Position numbers and translations under genes: made by a program. Below are positions 55,571-64,000 of a DNA stretch of 64,000 bases, piece after piece. The stretch is from Octopus vulgaris (taxonomy: Eukaryota): the NCBI GenBank assembly GCA_951406725.2, contig OX597838.1, positions 29,078,001-29,142,000 of the forward strand, in the 5' to 3' direction. Every line of letters starts with the position of its first letter. Position 1 is the stretch's first letter. The notes under the pieces were generated by a model. That model was not told the origin of the DNA. It saw only the letters and a list, made by a program, of their open reading frames with translations, and made no database searches.

Positions 55571-56252
55571 CAGGTGCCTTGATATCGAAACGATAAAGAT
55601 GTTGGTGCCAAGGTGCCAAAGCGTACTCTCAAGATACAGCAAGCTGATCATAATAGAGAATACACGGACAGTGGATTAGGAGTAGGAAGAGGGTAGGTAT
55701 GTTCAAATGAATATAAGAGGAGAGTAACAGATTGTTGGGGATGAGAGAAGGGGTGGATGTAATGTGTGATGAACAAAGGTGGAGGTGTGGTTTATAGCGC
55801 AAGCGTAGTTAAAATGTGTGCCATCCTGGGCGGCCCTTCAGTTTGCCGCTCCACAGGCCCCCACGAAAAATACACACTGCCTACAGCAAACGCAAAAGTG
55901 GTGCCGCCCCAATAAAAGTCCCACCCGGGTTGGATGCCCCCCCCCCTTCGCGCCCCTCAAGCTACGCTAGTTGTTCATAGTAAATATCCGTATGGAGAGA
56001 AGTGGGTGGAAATGTTAGAAGAGATTCAGGAAAAATATGGCAATAGAAAGATTGGCACAGTGGGGAGCAGCAGTGTCACAAATCTACAGATCCCTTTTTG
56101 TTTTTACCTATGGACCCCTTTAATTCCTATTTTACTCTACTGGACCCCTATAACTACTCAATGTTCTTTAAAAAATCTCCTTTATATTTTTGTAATTAAA
56201 TATTAGGAATTGTATTATAATTGTTTAAAATATTTTGTGCATTGTAGAATTA

Positions 56253-56580
56253 GTGAAGGCTCGTGGCTCAGTGGTTTGAGCGTTGGGCTTATAATCAAGA
56301 GGTAGTGAGCTCGATTTCCGGACCGGGCTCTGTGTTGTGTTCTTTTCTTGAGCAAGACACTTGATTTCACATTGCTCCAGTTCACCCAGCTGTAGAAATG
56401 AGTGCCAAGCTGTATCGGCCCCTTTGCATTTTCCCTGGGTAACAGCGGTGGCGTGGAGAGGGGAGGCTGGTATGCATGGGTGACTACTGGTCTTCCATAA
56501 ACAACCTTGCAAAGACTGGTGCCTTGGAGGGGGGAACTTTCTAGGTGTAATCCCATGGCCATTCATGACCGAAGGGGGTC
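56253..56580 (+). mobile_element. SINE-D, full length, 13-bp TSD
   Basis: TSD cattgtagaatta at 56240-56252 and 56581-56593. Confidence 0.92.
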
Positions 56581-57118
56581 CATTGTAGAATTATAAGCTA
56601 TTTATTACACCTCATTTGGATATTTACCACTTCTGAGGTTCCGCTCGCTATGAAACATACGTCACCCGGATCTTTCCTATTCCATTCTGTAACTCTTGTA
56701 TTCTTATTTGTACACCCGGCAACTCTGGCTCAATTCCCGGTGACGCGTTAAGTCCTTGAGCAAGACACTTTATTTCACGTTGCCTGTCGTATGTATATAT
56801 ATATATATATGTGTGTGTGTGTGAGTCTGTCTGTGCTTGCCCCCGCACCAGCGCTTGACATCCCCATAACTCAGCGAGTCGGCAAAAGACATCGACAGAA
56901 TAAGTACTAGGCTTGAAAAATCTTATCTGCCCCTCCCCCGCCCAGGGTTATACAGACCCGGATGATAACTACTGCTATAGATAGAAAAAAAACGTAGGGA
57001 GGTGACGAGCAAGATGTAAGAATGAAGAATGAGAAGAGGAGATAAATATACAGTGAAAGAGATGGAGGTTAGACGTACATTAAGATGGCTTCAATGAAAG
57101 GGTAGATATATATATATA

Positions 57119-57502
57119 CTAGCAGTATCGCCCGGCGTTGTTCGGGTTTGTAAGGGAAATAACTATATAAGTATTTTTAGAGATGTAAAGTATAATAGCC
57201 AACTCAATATGGCTAACCACAAAGGAGGGGTGTTACTGTAGCTTTTTACGTTCTGAGATTTAATAATAAATTATTAGAGAGTTACTTCCCTTATATATGC
57301 CAAAAATGGGAAAAATTTATGGTAATTTTTTTTTTAATCGTTGACTCATCGTAGACGCGCGCTAATACCCAGAAGGGCTCGATATGAATCACGACTATAA
57401 GATACCCGGTTTTGGTTAAACTGCACCGCAAAATGTGGGAGTAGTTAGGAATCTAAATCGTAGGAGACAGACAGCACACAACCTCTCTTTTATATATAAA
57501 GA
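57119..57502 (-). mobile_element. Non-autonomous Helitron, family 1
   Basis: Same termini as 32016-32519. Confidence 0.8.
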
Positions 57503-57770
57503 TATATACTCGCGTAAGTTAAGCAAAGCATTTCTCTCAAACTTCTATTAAACCCACGTCCATGATACATTTGGGATGTTTCTATATTAAAGACTTTTCA
57601 TATTTCACTGTATTGAGTGAAAATGGATTCTTTGAAGCTTTCATAGAATTATGGATTTCGGAATGCTATGGTAAAGAACTAATAAACATGCATGAAAAAC
57701 GACATCAGAATGGAACGCAGTCGTGTCTTTAATAAATATTTGTAAGCAAAGTGCTTCCGATTGATATACA

Positions 57771-57811
<41 letters not shown>

Positions 57812-58062
57812 GTATTCCTTTATTCTTCTACTTGTTCTTGTCATTTGATTGCGGTCATGCTGGAGCACCGCCTTGAATGGATTTAGTCGAACGAATCGAA
57901 CTGAAGACTTATTTTTCAAGCCTAGTATGAAGCCTAAGTATGAATCTAGCGATGTCTTTTGCCGACTCGCTGAGTTATGGGGATGTAAACACACGAACAC
58001 CGGTTGTGAAGTAGCGACGGGAGATAAGCACACACACACACATACACACAAATATATATTTA

Positions 58063-58099
<37 letters not shown>

Positions 58100-58104
<5 letters not shown>

Positions 58105-58336
58105 GGAGTAAACACATAAATGTGAAACAAGGTGGAAAAAAGAGTACTCAAATACCAGTGGTAGAGTAATATGCTTTATTTAAAACAGCAGGAAATTCAA
58201 CAAAACCTGTTACTCTGAGTTTCCCGTTGCCGTTCATCGGACAGTTTTTCCTAGCAAAATCTGTCCGATGAACGGCAACGAGAAACTCAGAGTAACAGGT
58301 TTTGTTGAATTTTCTGCTGCTTTGAATAAAGTATAT
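58100..58336. mobile_element. Penelope-like fold-back remnant, 76-bp arms 58169-58244 / 58261-58336
   Basis: Inverted arms with about 5 mismatches and a 16-nt spacer. Confidence 0.75.
58261..58298 (+). ncRNA. Type I hammerhead candidate (variant core CCGAUGA); mirror copy on minus strand 58207-58244
   Basis: ctgt CCGATGA a cg-gcaa-cg a GAAA ctc-a-gagt A acag. Confidence 0.55.
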
Positions 58337-58545
58337 ATATATACGACGGGCTTCTTTCAGTTTTCGCCTGTCAAATCCAGGCACAAGGCTTTGGTCATCC
58401 TGAGGTTATAGTAGAAGACACTTGCTCAAGGTGCCACACAGTGGGACTGAACCCGGAACCATGTAGTTGCGAAGTAAGCTTATCACACAGCCACTCCTGA
58501 GCCTATCTACCTACCTACCTTCCTACCTACCTACCTACCTACCTA

Positions 58546-58617
<72 letters not shown>

Positions 58618-58639
58618 ATGTCTGTCTGTCTTTTTTTAA

Positions 58640-58878
58640 ACACACCAACATCGGTTGTCAAACGATGGTGGGGGAGGGGACAAACACAGACGCACAAACA
58701 TATACATATACCAACGAACGGCTTCTTGCAGTTTCCGTCTATCAAATCCACTCACAAGGCTTTGGTCGGGTCGAGGCTATAGTAGAAAACACTTGCCCAA
58801 GGTGCCACGCAGTGGGACTGAACCCCGGAACCACATGGTTCGTAAGCAATCTACTTACCACACAGTCATGCCTGCGTC
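58640..58878 (-). mobile_element. SINE-A 5' two-thirds
   Basis: Homology to other copies. Confidence 0.85.
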
Positions 58879-59450
58879 TCTGAAAATTTTTTGACAAATG
58901 TTACAGTTATATAACTTCGACACCGTGACTTCATTTGGAAACTGTAAATTACCAAGCTTATTTGATCGAAAGAATATATACCAAAAAGGAGACCTTTTTT
59001 CTTTTCTTTTTGTTTTTTATTTTTTGATATTTTGGCTCCAAATTTACGATGTATCGGTTTTGTTTGCAATATATCTCGTGTTTTTCGTTATCATTAGTTA
59101 CAGAAATGTATATAAACGCGTCCATTTTGCTTCGCTTTGTTTTTTTCGCTTCTTCGAAAATCTTCCGCTTTCAAGCCTGTTAATGAAGGGAATAAACATG
59201 TTCGCGCGTGCGTGCGTGCGTGCGTGCGTGCATATGTGCGTGTGTGTATGTGTGCGTGTGTGTATGTGTGTTTGTACGTGTGCATATGTAAATCTATTTA
59301 TGTATGCATGAGCATATGTACATGCACACATAACCACAGGCACAAGCTCACACGCACATACAAACACACACACACACATACACCACACTACACCACCCCA
59401 CACACATTCGCATACATATAATGTATGTATATGTAACATATGTATCCATG

Positions 59451-59492
<42 letters not shown>

Positions 59493-59685
59493 GACACACG
59501 CACAAATATGCGTACATACATTCATACATACGTAACACGCGCATAAATGCATATACACACATGCAAATATATGTATATGTATGTTTCTCTCCTGTTTCGG
59601 CTCTGTGTATTTATAGATATATATATGTAGTTTAAATATATATACACGCACGAACACATGCACACATATATATCTATATATATAT

Positions 59686-59717
<32 letters not shown>

Positions 59718-59757
59718 AACACATATATATATACATACATACACACACACACACACA

Positions 59758-59793
<36 letters not shown>

Positions 59794-59888
59794 TGTATGT
59801 ATGTATGTATGTATGTATGTATGTATGTATGTGTACATGTTTGTGTGCGTGTATGTCCGTGCGAATATGTGAATATATTAATGTATGC

Positions 59889-59957
<69 letters not shown>

Positions 59958-60157
59958 TGATATAAGTACATGTGTGTATGTGTGCGTGTGTGTGTGTGTG
60001 TGTAAATGTACCTTAATCTTCCAGAAACATAATTGCGTTTGTGATAATAACAAAAAATATATTTGTATTTTATGTTAGCGTGTTCGGAGTGATTGATTTT
60101 ACATTTCATTACGTTTCCATTATCCATCCATACATACATACATGTGTGTGAGTGTGC

Positions 60158-60241
<84 letters not shown>

Positions 60242-60379
60242 CCAGTGACTGCAGAGTATTCAAGTGGTAAATAAGCAATGAAGCGTGAAAAGTATTTGTT
60301 TCGATCAAGTAGAGTGGAAGAATATTTATTGAAATCTAAAATTAAGTAAATCGCAACTGGTTTCGCGTTCCCGCTTCAT

Positions 60380-60525
60380 CGGGCGGCCCTATTCTCTGTT
60401 CCTTTCTGTCGAGGAGCGTAGGCTCGAAACGTAAAGGATTTTCTCACTTCCTGAGCCTTAAACTAATACATCTGTTTGTTGTTTACGCACCCGTCTTCTT
60501 CTTTTGTTTTTTCTTTTGTAAATTC

Positions 60526-60530
<5 letters not shown>
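60380..60530 (+). mobile_element. Penelope-like terminal remnant
   Basis: Hammerhead motif plus downstream ctaatacatctgtttg, related to 50800-50870 (reverse); followed by (TA)n. Confidence 0.5.
60401..60437 (+). ncRNA. Minimal type I hammerhead candidate (variant core CUGUCGA)
   Basis: ccttt CTGTCGA g gagc-gtag-gctc GAAA CGT A aagg. Confidence 0.55.
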
Positions 60531-60590
<60 letters not shown>

Positions 60591-60987
60591 TGTAAAACGA
60601 ATCGTTTATACCTGGTAGCTTACTGATAAAGCACGATCACTTTCACACTTTATTTGTGTGTTAACAAAGCTACCACTGGTTTCATGCCGAATGAAATCTC
60701 TCAACAGTTATCAAACCTGAACATGAAACGTTGGTACTTGTTTCCTTCTCGGATGAGAATACCAAAGTCCCGTAAAACCTCGTGTAGCTTCATTTATTCT
60801 CTTCTATTATAGAAACGGGTTGCAACGTTGCAACGTTCCTTCTGGCAGGCTTGATAATTCTTGAGATATTTCTCACAACATGAAAACAATGGTAGACTTG
60901 ATACCACTGAGCGCTCATACACTGTGTTCGTTATGTGTTTGCTTGTATGAGCGAGTGTACATGCGCTATACAACCTAGGCGAGGGCG

Positions 60988-62162
60988 TTTATACATCCAT
61001 ATACATATACATATATATACATCCATATACATCCATATACATCCATATACATCCATATACATCCATATACATACATATACTTACATCCATATACATCCAT
61101 ATACATACATATACATACATCCATATACATACATATACATACATATACATCCATATACATCCATATACATACATCCATATACATACATATACATACATAT
61201 ACATCCATATACATCCATATACATACATATACATACATATACATACATATACATCCATATACATCCATATACATCCATATACATCCATATACATACATCC
61301 ATATACATACATATACATACATATACATCCATACACATCCATATACATACATATACATACATCCATATACATACATATACATACATATACATCCATACAC
61401 ATCCATATACATACATATACATACATCCATATACATACATATACATCCATATACGTACATATACATCCATATACATCCATATACATACATATACATACAT
61501 CCATATACATATACATATACATACATATACATCCATACACATCCATATACATACATATACATACATCCATATACATACATATACATCCATATACATCCAT
61601 ATACATCCATATACATCCATATACATACATCCATATACATCCATATACATACATATACATCCATATACATCCATATACATACATATACATACATCCATAT
61701 ACATACATATACATACATATACATCCATATACATCCATATACATACATATACATACATACATATACATCCATATACATACTTATACATACATATACATAC
61801 ATCCATATACATCCATATACATACATATACATACATCCATATACATCCATATACATACATATACATCCATATACATCCATATACATACATCCATATACAT
61901 ACATATACATACATATACATCCATATACATCCATATACATACATATACATACATATACATCCATATACATCCATATACATACATCCATATACATCCATAT
62001 ACATACATATACATACATCCATATACATCCATATACATACATATACATACATCCATGTACATACATATACATACATATACATCCATATACATCCATATAC
62101 ATACATATACATACATCCATATACATACATATACATTCATATACATCCATATACATCCATAT
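60988..62162. repeat. ~1.2-kb variant minisatellite (atacatccat / atacatacat / extra acat units)
   Basis: Direct reading. Confidence 0.92.
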
Positions 62163-62344
62163 CCGTTAGTACTTTTAGTCCTTTTTCGCTGTATCGCGTG
62201 TTCGCTTGTTTTTTGTAGCTGTTATCTTATAATTGATCTTCAATACAGATAAAGCTATATCTTTTAATTTACTGTTTTTCTTTACACGATATGCGAAGAT
62301 ACATTGCGGAACTGTTATTTCAACAAATTATATCTATTTATCCC

Positions 62345-62768
62345 GTCTCCCGCATGTCCGACACCCGCATCCCAAAACAGCTCTTCTACGGTGAACTCGG
62401 CCAGGGCAGGCGCAAAGTCGGAGGGCAGAAGAAGCGCTACAAGGATAGTCTCAAGGTCTCTCTCAAAGACTTCTCCATCGGAACAGAGACCTGTGAGACA
62501 CTTGCTGCCAACCGCTCATCCTGGCGCAGCGCAATCACCGTGGGAGCAGGGACAGCCGAGGAGGGACGGATTCGGTCAGCGGAGCAGAAACGTCAGATGC
62601 GTAAAGCCAGAGCCGCCTGCACCAGTAGCACGGCCCCTACCCACTTCTTCCCCACCTGTGGGAGGGGCTTCCTTGCCCGGATTGGCCTCACCAGCCACCT
62701 CCGGTCTCATGGCGTCAGTTCCATCAGATGATGTCAGTTGGTCATCTTCGAACCGAAGGACGAACATT
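62345..62768 (+). mobile_element. 5'-truncated RTE-clade LINE with 18-bp TSD
   Basis: TSD attatatctatttatccc at 62327-62344 and 62769-62786; ORF RMSDTRIPKQLFYGEL..GRRKVGGQKKRYKD..LAANRSSWR..TCGRGFLARIGLTSHLRSH. Confidence 0.9.
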
Positions 62769-62896
62769 ATTATATCTATTTATCCCCCGAAGAGACACGT
62801 CTGCACCGCCGGATGCGTCTGAACCAGTTGTTAAATATCCCACCAGTGAGGGATCAATGCTAGATACATACATATCTTTTGCATACACACATATAT

Positions 62897-63545
62897 TTTA
62901 TCTTTTACTTGTTTCGAGTCATTTGGTTGTGGCCATGCTGGGGTACCACCTTGAAGAATTTCTGCTTTCCTAAGCCTTTTCTTTATTCTATGGTATTGTC
63001 TTGCTGAACCACTTAGCTACAGGGACGTAAGCACAACAACACAGGTTATCAAGCGGTGGTGGAGGGCAAACACACACAAAGACATACACACACACATATA
63101 TATGAATGTATATATATATATATATATATAATATGAGGGAATATTATTCCAAACTTACAGGGAAAAATTCAATTTAGAAATACTAAATCAAATTTCACAA
63201 AATATGATATATGTTTTATCTTATGTTTAATCTTTCTATAATATGTAATTTTCTAGATGATATAATTTAATTTTTCATTATAGAATTGATAAAAGGTGTT
63301 TTTTTCTAATTTATATAAATATATATATATGCATATATATATATATATATTCATACACACACATACGTAAATGTATATGTATATATATATATGACGAGCT
63401 TCTTTTAGTTTCCTCTACCAAATCCACTCACAAGGCTTTGGTCAGTCTGCGGCTATAAAAGAAGGCACTTGTCCAAGGTGCCATGCAGTGGGACTGAACT
63501 CGGAGCCATGTGGTTGGGAAGTAAGCTTCTTACCAAAGCGCCACG
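62897..63545 (-). mobile_element. SINE-A split by an AT-rich Penelope-like fragment (63130-63310)
   Basis: 3' half 62897-63100, 5' half 63390-63545; insert homologous to 6840-6895. Confidence 0.7.
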
Positions 63546-64000
63546 GTTACGACGACGAGTGTTAACGTCGTTCTATCAAAAGACTCGTATGGACCCACTG
63601 AATTACAGCATAAACGGCCGAGTATACCGCAGCACGGATATCCATACTGTAGGCTGTTAGTCGAACCACCGATCCACATTGTATTACAATGCTGTTCTTT
63701 GGATTAATCGCAATCCAATTCCTTCCACAGCTCCCGATCGGATGCGAGATCTCCCCGGGTGTCGGTATTGGTTATTGATCATTTTGAAGGGCCTGTCTGG
63801 CATGTACTGGGGAGGTTTTCTATGCTCCATATCACGTGACTCTCGTCCTTTAAGTTAACTCGTAAATTGCCGTTCAAATAATACGCACAAACACACATAC
63901 ACACATATAAATATATATACACACTCACGTGTTCAGTTCAGTTTGTATCACCAAACTTTCACACGCACACATACTTCTCTCTCTCTCTATCTATCTATTA

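Larger units (their letters stand above)
57815..58503 (-). mobile_element. SINE-A split by a Penelope-like insertion in its (TA)n
   Basis: 3' half 57815-58090, 5' half 58340-58503. Confidence 0.75.

Noticed and set aside
60795-60900. Possible exon after ttctcttctattatag
   Set aside because: Stops in all three frames and a weak donor
60935-62218. 427-aa and overlapping 259-393 aa ORFs
   Set aside because: Translations of a stop-free minisatellite, open in several frames and on both strands
63560-63880. GC-richer segment; minus-strand DLASDRELWKEL resembles an RTE C-terminus
   Set aside because: Single short motif, stops nearby; too weak to call

Overview
Eukaryotic, AT-rich, repeat-saturated DNA. 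It is most likely from an octopus (Cephalopoda), judged by recalled resemblance of the SINE families; no search was run. No complete protein-coding gene is supportable, and nearly all listed ORFs are translations of microsatellites. The window holds dozens of tRNA-headed SINEs in about 4 modular families, mariner, hAT, piggyBac-like and Helitron remnants, LINE fragments (including a TSD-flanked RTE 3' end), a full-length 5S rRNA pseudogene and one candidate exon. The most notable signal is six type I hammerhead-ribozyme-like motifs of different sequence. Several have variant cores and palindromic stem III. They sit in fold-back (inverted) remnants resembling Penelope-like retroelement termini, mostly next to (TA)n tracts. 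Family labels SINE-A/B/C/D are my own working names.
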